IMG/VR virus record: IMGVR_UViG_3300017593_001263
Length of the DNA stretch: 20,000 bases
Origin: an uncultured virus (IMG/VR IMGVR_UViG_3300017593_001263)
Taxonomy: Duplodnaviria; Heunggongvirae; Uroviricota; Caudoviricetes
Strand: one strand, 5' to 3'
Part shown: piece by piece, positions 1 through 7,065 of the stretch
Numbering within the stretch: position 1 is the stretch's first letter
Layout: each line of letters opens with the position of its first letter
Notes under the pieces: generated by a model
The model's input: the letters and a program-made list of their open reading frames with translations, nothing else
Database searches by the model: none
Told to the model about the DNA's origin: nothing
Position numbers and translations under genes: made by a program

Positions 1-104
1 GAATACACGTAGTTATCCATCTCTTTAAAGAACCCTTTAAGATCGCAATGTCGTGATTCCATTATCGAATTTATTTTATTCTTTAATACCTCGTATTCTA
101 TCAC
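1..104 (-). CDS. Hypothetical protein, 5' part (runs off the window start; MIEYEVLKNKINSIMESRHCDLKGFFKEMDNYVY...)
   Basis: GTG at 104 preceded by a GGAGGTG RBS; frame open to position 1; read manually. Confidence 0.65.
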   Translation of the reverse strand, partial: MIEYEVLKNKINSIMESRHCDLKGFFKEMDNYVY

Positions 105-147
105 CGCCACCACCTCCCTTTGGTTTTAATGAGCATATTGCATTGAC

Positions 148-177
148 ACCCTCTCCACCCTAAAGAGGGGAGCATTC
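148..177 (+). repeat. Imperfect GC-rich hairpin resembling an IS200/IS605-family subterminal end
   Basis: TTGAC (143-147) followed by ACCCTCTCCACCCTAAAGAGGGGAGCATTC and TCAA; CCCTCT/AGAGGG stem. Confidence 0.35.
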
Positions 178-246
178 TCAAAGGAGGTATTGTAACAGTA
201 CAAACAGAGTCCACGAATCTATTTTTGGCATGTATGGTGGTTGCAT
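178..246 (-). CDS. Short peptide (22 aa, MQPPYMPKIDSWTLFVLLQYLL), possibly truncated
   Basis: ATG 3 nt after the upstream stop, with a GGTGTGA RBS; stop abuts the hairpin at 148-177. Confidence 0.35.
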   Translation of the reverse strand: MQPPYMPKIDSWTLFVLLQYLL

Positions 247-249
247 GAT

Positions 250-408
250 TCACACCTTAACATGATATTCTATGATAGCACCACTAGCAACGAATATCGC
301 TCCTAATACAGATGCAATGCTATCGTTGTTTAGCCAGCTTGCGGTTAATGCTGCTATGCCCATTGCTTGTAGCAATCTCGACATTCCAAACCACCAGTCC
401 TTATTCAT
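250..408 (-). CDS. Small membrane protein, 52 aa, two hydrophobic segments (MNKDWWFGMSRLLQAMGIAALTASWLNNDSIASVLGAIFVASGAIIEYHVKV)
   Basis: Not in the ORF track; GGTGAG RBS; fills the gap in the minus-strand operon. Confidence 0.7.
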   Translation of the reverse strand: MNKDWWFGMSRLLQAMGIAALTASWLNNDSIASVLGAIFVASGAIIEYHVKV

Positions 409-410
409 TG

Positions 411-620
411 TCACTCACCGACTTTGTAGCTTTTCAATACTTCTATTATGCTATCCAGCTTTTTGTCGATCTCTTCCAAAAACGTTTTGAAGTGGGTTTC
501 AACCTCTTCCAGCATAGCCAATTTACCTAAAGCATACTGCTTGAGCATTTTGTCTTCCGTTTCCTCTATTACTTGCTTTAGTTCAGCTTTTCTTGATTCT
601 ATCCACTCTCTCCAAACCAC
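411..620 (-). CDS. Hypothetical coiled-coil protein, 69 aa
   Basis: GGTGAG RBS before GTG; E/K-rich helical sequence; operonic spacing. Confidence 0.75.
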   Translation of the reverse strand: MVWREWIESRKAELKQVIEETEDKMLKQYALGKLAMLEEVETHFKTFLEEIDKKLDSIIEVLKSYKVGE

Positions 621-850
621 TTTCTCACCTTCTTGTCAACATAATTATACCATCTAACAGTAATTTCAATAGCAATAACCACCACAATAACCACCGAAAG
701 AGTAAACAACAATAGAACCAAAGTGTTTTTTATTGAAGTCAGAATGTCGTTCTTAAACACGAAATAGTTAATTAGTAAAAACGCAACCAATAAAGGAGTT
801 ACAAAAAGTAACGTCCTTGTTATTTCTATAAAGTATTCTTTTATCGACAT
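599..850 (-). CDS. Membrane protein with two TM helices, 83 aa (start moved to MSIKEYF)
   Basis: Two long hydrophobic stretches; ATG at 850 lies about 23 nt below a BRE-TATA, consistent with a leaderless start. Confidence 0.75.
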   Translation of the reverse strand: MSIKEYFIEITRTLLFVTPLLVAFLLINYFVFKNDILTSIKNTLVLLLFTLSVVIVVVIAIEITVRWYNYVDKKVRKWFGESG

Positions 851-865
851 GTAGATAGATAACAT

Positions 866-994
866 ATTAACATTTAAATAATTTTTCCGAAAACTTTTTT
901 AAATATTCAAGTATAATTTCAAGGTCTGCTTTTCCACCGCCACCACCTCCTTTCTTCACCAATCTATTAATATTTTTAAGACCATATATTTCTC
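866..994. promoter_or_regulatory. Divergent archaeal promoter region
   Basis: Minus strand GAAAAATTATTTAAA (887-873); plus strand AATATTTTTAAG (969-980) ahead of ATG 995, which has no RBS. Confidence 0.6.
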
Positions 995-1270
995 ATGCGA
1001 TACGAGCTAGAGGAGATTGGCGAAGAGGTATCTTACGACAAGCTCGAAAGCAAGCTGGAAGATTTGATAGCAAACGAGATTAGAACAGACAAACAACAAG
1101 TGATTATACCACCAGGAGGTTGCATTTATGAAGACGACTTTGTTGCTTGTAATTTCGTTATAGATCACATTCCAGGAGCTATAGTCGTTACAATACAAGA
1201 CATCCCAAAAGAAAGAAAAGTGTATCTGAAGCATGGAGTTATATTTTATAAGTGCGAACCTAAGAAGTGA
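995..1270 (+). CDS. Hypothetical protein, 91 aa
   Basis: First gene of a plus-strand operon; leaderless start; typical composition. Confidence 0.75.
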   Translation: MRYELEEIGEEVSYDKLESKLEDLIANEIRTDKQQVIIPPGGCIYEDDFVACNFVIDHIPGAIVVTIQDIPKERKVYLKHGVIFYKCEPKK

Positions 1271-1295
1271 TAAACTTATAGGAGGTTAGTTCGAA

Positions 1296-1547
1296 ATGTC
1301 AGTATTTAAAGTACTTGACATAACGAAACCATTCAAAAACGGTTGCGGTTATAGAAACGGAAAGCTCGAAGATATCGAGGAATTCATGCAATGTGCGATA
1401 ACGCTGGCATCTGTGATTAACCCACAATTAGCTATTGTGAAGTATGGAGTAATGTTTATAAATGCTACTAAGGAATTAAAGGAGTTAGAAGAAACAGCAG
1501 AAGAATTGCAGGAGGTGGTAGAAAGTGTCAGAAAACAAAGCAAGTGA
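1296..1547 (+). CDS. Hypothetical protein with C-terminal coiled coil, 83 aa
   Basis: GGAGGT RBS; overlaps the start of the Alba gene. Confidence 0.75.
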   Translation: MSVFKVLDITKPFKNGCGYRNGKLEDIEEFMQCAITLASVINPQLAIVKYGVMFINATKELKELEETAEELQEVVESVRKQSK

Positions 1548-1794
1548 CTGGGAAGTTCTGGTTTCGAACAAAAAGCCCGTAAGCGTTTATGCGGCGGTAG
1601 CTCTTGCGATTTTGAATAGAGATGGAGAAGTGGTGGTCAAAGGGATTGGTTCTGCCATAAGGAAGGTCGTTGATGTGAGCGAGTTCATCAAGAACAAGTT
1701 CGGCAACGTCAGTATAAATTATGAATCCGAGACAGTAGAGGATGAGAACGGAAAGAAGAGAAGCATGCTGACATCAACAATCAAAAAGAATTAG
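1525..1794 (+). CDS. albA: Alba (Sac10b family) nucleic-acid-binding protein, divergent
   Basis: VLVSNKKPVSVY...LNRDGEVVVKGIGSAIRKVVDVSEFIKNKF...ETVEDENGKKRSM aligns over its length with the archaeal Alba consensus (VxIGKKPVMNY...EVVIKARGRAISKAVDxxExxRNRF); GGAGGTG RBS. Confidence 0.88.
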   Translation: MSENKASDWEVLVSNKKPVSVYAAVALAILNRDGEVVVKGIGSAIRKVVDVSEFIKNKFGNVSINYESETVEDENGKKRSMLTSTIKKN

Positions 1795-2101
1795 CGTGAA
1801 GAGGGTTAATCCTTCTTTTCAATATTTCTTCTGGGTCTGTTGGCATACCAAGTAGCTTGAATAATGCCTCACACAGCTCGGCAACCTTCATTCCGTTATC
1901 AGTTAGCCTAACGTATTTGAACCGAGTTATGGATGTTGATCTCACCCATCTTAACTCTTCGAATTTCTCTATTGTGCTTTTTGTGTGCGAGTAGCTGGTG
2001 TCTGCGTATTTAGACACCATCGTTACGGTTATTTTTGAGTGGTTTTTCATTAAGTTCTTCAGCACCACCAATATTCTCGCTTCAACTTCAGTCAGCCACA
2101 T
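1781..2101 (-). CDS. MarR-like winged-helix DNA-binding protein
   Basis: ITVTMVSKYADTSYSHTKSTIEKFEELRWV (HTH) plus RFKYVRLTDNG wing; start moved to MWLTE behind a GGTGA RBS. Confidence 0.8.
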   Translation of the reverse strand: MWLTEVEARILVVLKNLMKNHSKITVTMVSKYADTSYSHTKSTIEKFEELRWVRSTSITRFKYVRLTDNGMKVAELCEALFKLLGMPTDPEEILKRRINPLHANSF

Positions 2102-2270
2102 CTTCATCACCGTTTTTGATTATGGATGCCATCATATCAAATGTGCCTTCTTCATCTATATTTCCAGAAATTCTAACTATTATTTTCTTCACGTCCCACC
2201 CATGGTCGATTGCTTCCTCGAACAATTCTTCGAGTTTTTCGATTGCATCTTCGAGCAGTTCTTCACTCAT
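2088..2270 (-). CDS. Small acidic hypothetical protein, 60 aa (MSEELLEDA...)
   Basis: GAGGCGA RBS before ATG 2270; overlapping neighbours. Confidence 0.7.
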   Translation of the reverse strand: MSEELLEDAIEKLEELFEEAIDHGWDVKKIIVRISGNIDEEGTFDMMASIIKNGDEDVAD

Positions 2271-2466
2271 AAGGTCGCCTCTTAAAATCCTTATATATAA
2301 CATCTGATTTCCGCAGTTCGGAAAAATACACAATTCTCAACTTTCCACACTCCAAACACATTCCAAATAGAAAGTAATCTTCCCTCTCTGAATCGAAAAT
2401 CATGTCTAAAAAAGATTCTCTGTCGAAGTGGTGGTAAGGGTTTCTGCAAACTTCATGCAGACCCAT
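2263..2466 (-). CDS. Small putative Zn-binding protein (CxxxxHH...CxxC)
   Basis: GGTGAG RBS; start overlaps the upstream stop; CRNPYHH and CLEC. Confidence 0.7.
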   Translation of the reverse strand: MGLHEVCRNPYHHFDRESFLDMIFDSEREDYFLFGMCLECGKLRIVYFSELRKSDVIYKDFKRRPYE

Positions 2467-3125
2467 CACAACTCACCTTTCTGTCTCAATCTGTAAATCT
2501 TGTTTCTTATTGAGCTTATGGTTCTGTACGGCATCAGTTCTTTAATCTCTTTTAGAGACTTACCAGCACGAACCATGTTTTTAAGTATGTTCTCTTCAAC
2601 CTTACTCCACAAGTACACCTTGACTTTAGTACCAGCTTTGGTGGTGTATTCGTAATCGGGAACACGCTTCGATAGCATGGTTTTTATCAGTTCTTCTTTA
2701 GTCATTACTGGCACTTGCCTTCCAACAAACTCCTCAAACAAATCTTCGAATACTCCGTAAGTATCGAGAGTCATGGCAGTACGCCAGCCTTCTTTTATTC
2801 TGGATGCAGCCTTCCTTCCATAAACATCGACAGCTCTATCGTAAACGTCTTCAAGAATGTCCTTTCTGAAAGCACGCTTCACCTCAGATTCGTACTTATC
2901 ACGTGCCTTCAATAGTTTATCAAAGACTTCGTCAAGACGCTTTGCCGTTAAGTCCTTTGTGTATTCATCAAGCGTTCTCTGGAATTTTTTCATTACAGCT
3001 CTCGTATCGTCAAAATCCACATTTTTATGAGCCCAAGTTGTCATCCTTTCGTAATCATCCCTTGTGTAAGTCCTCCTTTTTTTTGGGTCGTCTATCGTCA
3101 TTCCTATTGGAATTATGGTTGGCAT
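2466..3125 (-). CDS. Protein with C-terminal Myb/SANT-like HTH domain, 219 aa
   Basis: WSKVEENILKNM...GKSLKEIKELMPYRTISSIRNKIYRL fits the W-S/T-x-x-E-E...R-T-x-x-S-I pattern; GGAGGTG RBS. Confidence 0.75.
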   Translation of the reverse strand: MPTIIPIGMTIDDPKKRRTYTRDDYERMTTWAHKNVDFDDTRAVMKKFQRTLDEYTKDLTAKRLDEVFDKLLKARDKYESEVKRAFRKDILEDVYDRAVDVYGRKAASRIKEGWRTAMTLDTYGVFEDLFEEFVGRQVPVMTKEELIKTMLSKRVPDYEYTTKAGTKVKVYLWSKVEENILKNMVRAGKSLKEIKELMPYRTISSIRNKIYRLRQKGEL

Positions 3126-3141
3126 AGGTCAGCACCTCCTT

Positions 3142-3261
3142 TCAGACAAATTCCCAATCTTCTATAATCCATCTATCAGTATCAACTAAATGCAAATCTC
3201 TTTCTTCTACGTATGAAATCTCGCCAGTATCTTTGTGTCTTATTCTCCACACTTTTGGCAT
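3142..3261 (-). CDS. Small hypothetical protein, 39 aa (MPKVWRIRHKDTGEISYVEERDLHLVDTDRWIIEDWEFV)
   Basis: Not in the ORF track; GGTGAG RBS; fills the operon gap exactly. Confidence 0.65.
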   Translation of the reverse strand: MPKVWRIRHKDTGEISYVEERDLHLVDTDRWIIEDWEFV

Positions 3262-3265
3262 TATC

Positions 3266-3670
3266 TCACCAATCTTTCGATTTACTAATTACGTCTAAAA
3301 TCTTCACCAACATTTCAGTTCTGTTTTCATCAAACATCTTTTTGTTTCTTGTATAGTGCTCGTAGATTTCTTTCAGTATCTTCAGTATCTTATCGTATTG
3401 TTCTTTGGTTATGTCGTAGTGTATGACCTCAAATGGATACTCGTAAACGCTTATGTAGTAGTGCTCTTTGTTGTCTGCAAAATCAAAGTCTTTTCCTAAT
3501 TTAATGTCTATGTCCGTTGATGGTATGTCGAACTCGAATAAAACTTCATCCCCGTTAATTTCAAGTGTGATGTTATTCACTAACTTAACCTTTTCAATAA
3601 AATAGTTTTTCAGCTTTTCAAGCTCCGTGATCATAACCTCTACGTCGAATTTGATTGCTTCTTTAAGCAT
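3266..3670 (-). CDS. Hypothetical protein, 134 aa
   Basis: Operonic overlap with the upstream gene; G-rich RBS. Confidence 0.75.
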   Translation of the reverse strand: MLKEAIKFDVEVMITELEKLKNYFIEKVKLVNNITLEINGDEVLFEFDIPSTDIDIKLGKDFDFADNKEHYYISVYEYPFEVIHYDITKEQYDKILKILKEIYEHYTRNKKMFDENRTEMLVKILDVISKSKDW

Positions 3671-3950
3671 CTTCAATACCCCACCATCTTTTTAGCTCTC
3701 TTAAATCTGAATCTAGGTCCGTTGCATGGTAGCCGTACTCACCATAGCAATCTATCACGTGTGGTGTGAGATTCAATATTTCTTCTATGTCTTCGAATAT
3801 CGCTTGTGCTGTTTTTCTGATAATAGATTCAACCAAATCCTCGCAAGTTTTACACACGAACTGCTTACCCCTCACATGGAAGTAGTTGTGGTCGTCATCC
3901 TCAAGCTCCTCCAAAATCTCCTTTTTGACTTCTTCAATTTTATTAGCCAT
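3663..3950 (-). CDS. Hypothetical protein with CxxC (MANKIEE...), 95 aa
   Basis: GGAGGT RBS before ATG 3950; HNYFH and CKTC are possible metal ligands. Confidence 0.75.
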   Translation of the reverse strand: MANKIEEVKKEILEELEDDDHNYFHVRGKQFVCKTCEDLVESIIRKTAQAIFEDIEEILNLTPHVIDCYGEYGYHATDLDSDLRELKRWWGIEDA

Positions 3951-4119
3951 GCTCTCCCAACCTCCTAAATAGTTCTTCATCTTCTTCTAAAATATAATCC
4001 ATGAGCTTATGCAGTTCTTTTAAAAACGCCATCTCGACTTCAACTATCTTCTTACCCACTTCAGTTTCTTGCTCGACTTCTTCAATCAATTCATCTTTAC
4101 TGAATACATGTTTAGCCAT
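3943..4119 (-). CDS. Small acidic helical protein, 58 aa (MAKHVFSK...)
   Basis: GAGGTG RBS before ATG 4119. Confidence 0.7.
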   Translation of the reverse strand: MAKHVFSKDELIEEVEQETEVGKKIVEVEMAFLKELHKLMDYILEEDEELFRRLGEHG

Positions 4120-4273
4120 TGAGCACACCTCTTAGCTTTTCTATAATATTCTTTCTATCTTCTGGTTTTTCTGCCCAAAATATCTCTTCGATTATTCTTT
4201 CCAGCACTTGGAAGTCCTCATAAGCCATCTGTTCTTCCAATATCTCAACCATTTGAGACGGCAATATCCCCAT
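4112..4273 (-). CDS. Small hypothetical protein, 53 aa (MGILPSQMVEILEEQMAYEDFQVLERIIEEIFWAEKPEDRKNIIEKLRGVLNG)
   Basis: Not in the ORF track; GGATGGTG RBS; bridges the primase and the next gene with short overlaps. Confidence 0.65.
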   Translation of the reverse strand: MGILPSQMVEILEEQMAYEDFQVLERIIEEIFWAEKPEDRKNIIEKLRGVLNG

Positions 4274-5447
4274 TTTGAGCACCATCCTCTTTGATGAGGG
4301 AAAACACCTTCAAACTCCTCTCACCATAAAGGCTTGTATAGTTTCGCACATATAAATTATTGAACTTGCTTTCCAACAGCTTCAAAAACTGGTAGTGAGC
4401 CAATGAATACATCTTATCTTTGTAGATGAATCCTCTTACCGCACCAATATACCACTTCAGCTCGTGAAGCTTCAACAAGTTGAAACCGAACTTTTCAAGC
4501 TCATTTAAGTTTTTGGGGAAAATGCGCAATATCTTCATCAACCTATTTCTGTGCACGATGTCCAAGCAGATAGCATAAAAGCCATATCTACCCTCAAATA
4601 TGAAAAAGTCGGACAGCTGAAACCTTTTTATGGCGGCAAGTATTTTCTGCACGAATTCATCAAGCTGGGTAGTGCCATCACTAACGAATATGCAGAAGTG
4701 ATCCTTCATGCCAAGGATGTTGTTAGAAATAGCAACGGTGGGGGAAGACCCCCCAACTTCCCCCACCTCTGGCAGATGCTTTACGCTGGGGATTCTGGTC
4801 ATCTCCTTATCGGATCGAGGGGGCAATTTCTTTATGTCTTCCAAACTATTTAAGAGTTTGCACACAACACCGTCAGAAAGAGTAAGCGGGATTTTAACTA
4901 TTTGCCGTGTGTTGATTACGCAAGCGTCTATGTCCACCCCATAGTTTATGACGTCCATCACAAGCTCTTCGTTCTTCTTCAAATACCACACCTCTCTTTT
5001 CCATGCAGTCTGGTATGGGCATTTGAGGTCACGCTTTATAGCTATGTGAACTCCATTGCCAGAGTGGAGCATGTATATTATCTCATACTTGTGGTCTTCT
5101 AGGTATTCAAGCAAGAGTTTAGCATTCTTATAAACATCCTTATCTATGTCGAACACGAACCAATCTTGCTTGAGAAATATGCCGTCATGGTGGTGGAGAA
5201 CTCTTTTGCCAACACGAGATGGGTTCAAGAATCGGCTAACCATATAATAAGCTTTCTGCGGCAAGTACCTCAGCATTATTTTTTGAAGCTGCTCTGGAGT
5301 GCGGACATGGTCAACCTTAACTTTCTTGAATGTGTTGTCTTGGAGCAAGAGTCTTATCTGTCTGAATTTGAAGAAGTTTCTGTCTATCTCGAAGATTGGT
5401 GAAAAGTCCACTTGTTCATAGTATTCTTTAGGGTTCAACTCAATCAC
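4245..5447 (-). CDS. Archaeo-eukaryotic primase (PriS-like AEP) with an extra C-terminal domain, 400 aa
   Basis: FRQIR N-terminal motif, PQKAYY...P, motif I WFVFDID, motif II HSGNGVHI, motif III IDACVINTRQIVKIP. Confidence 0.85.
   Translation of the reverse strand: MIELNPKEYYEQVDFSPIFEIDRNFFKFRQIRLLLQDNTFKKVKVDHVRTPEQLQKIMLRYLPQKAYYMVSRFLNPSRVGKRVLHHHDGIFLKQDWFVFDIDKDVYKNAKLLLEYLEDHKYEIIYMLHSGNGVHIAIKRDLKCPYQTAWKREVWYLKKNEELVMDVINYGVDIDACVINTRQIVKIPLTLSDGVVCKLLNSLEDIKKLPPRSDKEMTRIPSVKHLPEVGEVGGSSPTVAISNNILGMKDHFCIFVSDGTTQLDEFVQKILAAIKRFQLSDFFIFEGRYGFYAICLDIVHRNRLMKILRIFPKNLNELEKFGFNLLKLHELKWYIGAVRGFIYKDKMYSLAHYQFLKLLESKFNNLYVRNYTSLYGERSLKVFSLIKEDGAQNGDIAVSNG
4737..4767. repeat. Perfect 11-bp GC-rich hairpin inside the primase gene
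   Basis: GGTGGGGGAAG (4737-4747), 9-nt loop, CTTCCCCCACC (4757-4767). Confidence 0.9.
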
Positions 5448-5450
5448 CAG

Positions 5451-5984
5451 CTACTCAACAACTATTATTATTTTCACCTTCCTCTTTGCTGGAATCTTTA
5501 TAACTTGTTCCGCTTGCTCTTTGACTGCTTTCACAGATTGTGATTCTGCATCTTTATGTTTAATTTTTCTGGTTTTAGGGTACAATGCATGCAAGTTGTA
5601 TTTCTTGAAGTATGGATATAAGCTCTTTGGAGAAACTCCGAGCTCCTCGGCGATTTTTTCCATAGCTTCTTTCTTCTCCAAACCTTCGTCTGCATACTTC
5701 TTTGCGAGTTCTATAACTTTTGCTGGGTCGATTTGAACTCTCTTCTTCTTTGAACTCTCTTTCTTTTCAACCTTCTTTTTAGGTTTAACGTCTCTGATTC
5801 TCCAACCGCAATGATACAATATTTTATGTATGTAGAAGGGACTTGTATCCAATTCGTATGCGATGTGATTAGCTATCTCGTTTCTCGATTTCCCTTCCTT
5901 TGCCATTTTTGTTGCTTCCGATATAATCCATTCTATCGTATCTTTATCCATCACTTTCGGTCTTTTTATCAACTCGCTTAACAA
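5451..5984 (-). CDS. Basic protein with two HTH-like repeats, 177 aa
   Basis: SRNEIANHIAYELDTSPFYIHKIL and KKEAMEKIAEELGVSPKSLYPYF joined by a Lys-rich linker; GGAGGTGA RBS before TTG. Confidence 0.75.
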   Translation of the reverse strand: MLSELIKRPKVMDKDTIEWIISEATKMAKEGKSRNEIANHIAYELDTSPFYIHKILYHCGWRIRDVKPKKKVEKKESSKKKRVQIDPAKVIELAKKYADEGLEKKEAMEKIAEELGVSPKSLYPYFKKYNLHALYPKTRKIKHKDAESQSVKAVKEQAEQVIKIPAKRKVKIIIVVE

Positions 5985-5985
5985 A

Positions 5986-6249
5986 CTACATCACCTCCTT
6001 AACTACATCTTCTTCCAATATGCCGTAATCCCTTTTCTGTCCGAATCTGTCCAATATGACTTTTTTTAGGTATATGCCACGCCAATGTGCTTTTCTTCTA
6101 TCTTGCGCAAGAGCGAGCACAAACAGTTTTCCTTCCTCATCTCTAACGAATTTGTAGTCGAATGTGTCATCTTCTTTTTTCACCTTTGAGAGTATTTCAT
6201 CAAGGGTGTTTACCCAATCCTTCTCTATTCTAACATAAACCCACATCAT
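5986..6249 (-). CDS. Hypothetical protein, 87 aa
   Basis: GGTGA RBS; ATGA overlap with the upstream gene. Confidence 0.75.
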   Translation of the reverse strand: MMWVYVRIEKDWVNTLDEILSKVKKEDDTFDYKFVRDEEGKLFVLALAQDRRKAHWRGIYLKKVILDRFGQKRDYGILEEDVVKEVM

Positions 6250-6692
6250 TTATTCACCTTGACGTCTTTACTTCCATTATATTTTGATACGTCTTCAGAT
6301 ACCTCAACTATAATCTTTTTAGAGCCCTCCTCCTCAACGTAAGTTCGGTAAACGAAGACGTCTGGGAAATCTCCACCAAAAGCCTTCTGTATGACCTCAA
6401 AAGGTATTGAGATGACTTGAGGATACCTTTTTCCAGCTTTGTTGATTTTCACCTTGAACAGCTTCCATTTATGCTCTTTGCTTGGCTTAATGCCATGTTT
6501 AAGAAGCAAGTTGTTGACATAGCCGTAAGAGTAACCAGTAGCCTCACATATCTTTCTGACGCTTCCGTACTTATCCCATAGTGCTTGAAGAACCTCTTTG
6601 GTCAGAAGTCCAGAGCACTCATGCTTGTTAATGTCAAAATACTCCTCAAGCGAGTTGAAAGTCTTCCAGCACTTCAGACATTTTATTTGCAT
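6246..6692 (-). CDS. Zn-finger + HTH + possible AbrB-like DNA-binding protein, 148 aa
   Basis: CLKC...HEC; GSVRKICEATGYSYGYVNNLL HTH; QVISIPFEVIQK is AbrB-like; leaderless start about 25 nt from TTTAAA. Confidence 0.75.
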   Translation of the reverse strand: MQIKCLKCWKTFNSLEEYFDINKHECSGLLTKEVLQALWDKYGSVRKICEATGYSYGYVNNLLLKHGIKPSKEHKWKLFKVKINKAGKRYPQVISIPFEVIQKAFGGDFPDVFVYRTYVEEEGSKKIIVEVSEDVSKYNGSKDVKVNK

Positions 6693-6775
6693 GTTAATAT
6701 GTTATAAAAAGATAAATTTAAATACTTTTTCTTGATGGGAAAGAAATAAATCTGTTCAGAGATAATATATCATAC
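6693..6775. promoter_or_regulatory. Divergent promoter region
   Basis: Minus strand GAAAAAGTATTTAAA (6731-6717); plus strand GAAAGAAATAAAT ahead of RBS-less ATG 6776. Confidence 0.6.
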
Positions 6776-7060
6776 ATGGAAGTGGAGTGGAATCCCAAAA
6801 CAGTTTTGAACTTCATAAAAACTTGCAGAAGTCACGGAGGAATCCCAGCATTTAGAACTAGGTATGCTGGTGCAAGACTGAAATTGGATCATGGATATAA
6901 AGTTATAGGAATATGCTTGGGTGGTGGTGACGAAGAACCAGTAGATTTCATAAATGTGCCAGAAGAGATTGTTGATGAGCTTGAAGAGAGGGTTGGCGAC
7001 TGGAGATATTTATTTGCAAGATATTCTATGGAACTTGGTAAACCACCTATAATCAGGTAA
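6776..7060 (+). CDS. Hypothetical protein, 94 aa
   Basis: Opens a plus-strand gene block; normal composition. Confidence 0.75.
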   Translation: MEVEWNPKTVLNFIKTCRSHGGIPAFRTRYAGARLKLDHGYKVIGICLGGGDEEPVDFINVPEEIVDELEERVGDWRYLFARYSMELGKPPIIR

Positions 7061-7065
7061 TCGAT

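Noticed and set aside
2308..2324. Short palindromes such as TTTCCG-cagtt-CGGAAA (and GTCAC-ttac-GTGAC near 18742)
   Set aside because: 5-6 bp stems inside coding sequence are expected by chance
4737..4826. Known riboswitch, SECIS or hammerhead in the primase linker
   Set aside because: No in-frame TGA and no recognisable conserved core (e.g. CUGANGA/GAAA); left as an unassigned structure
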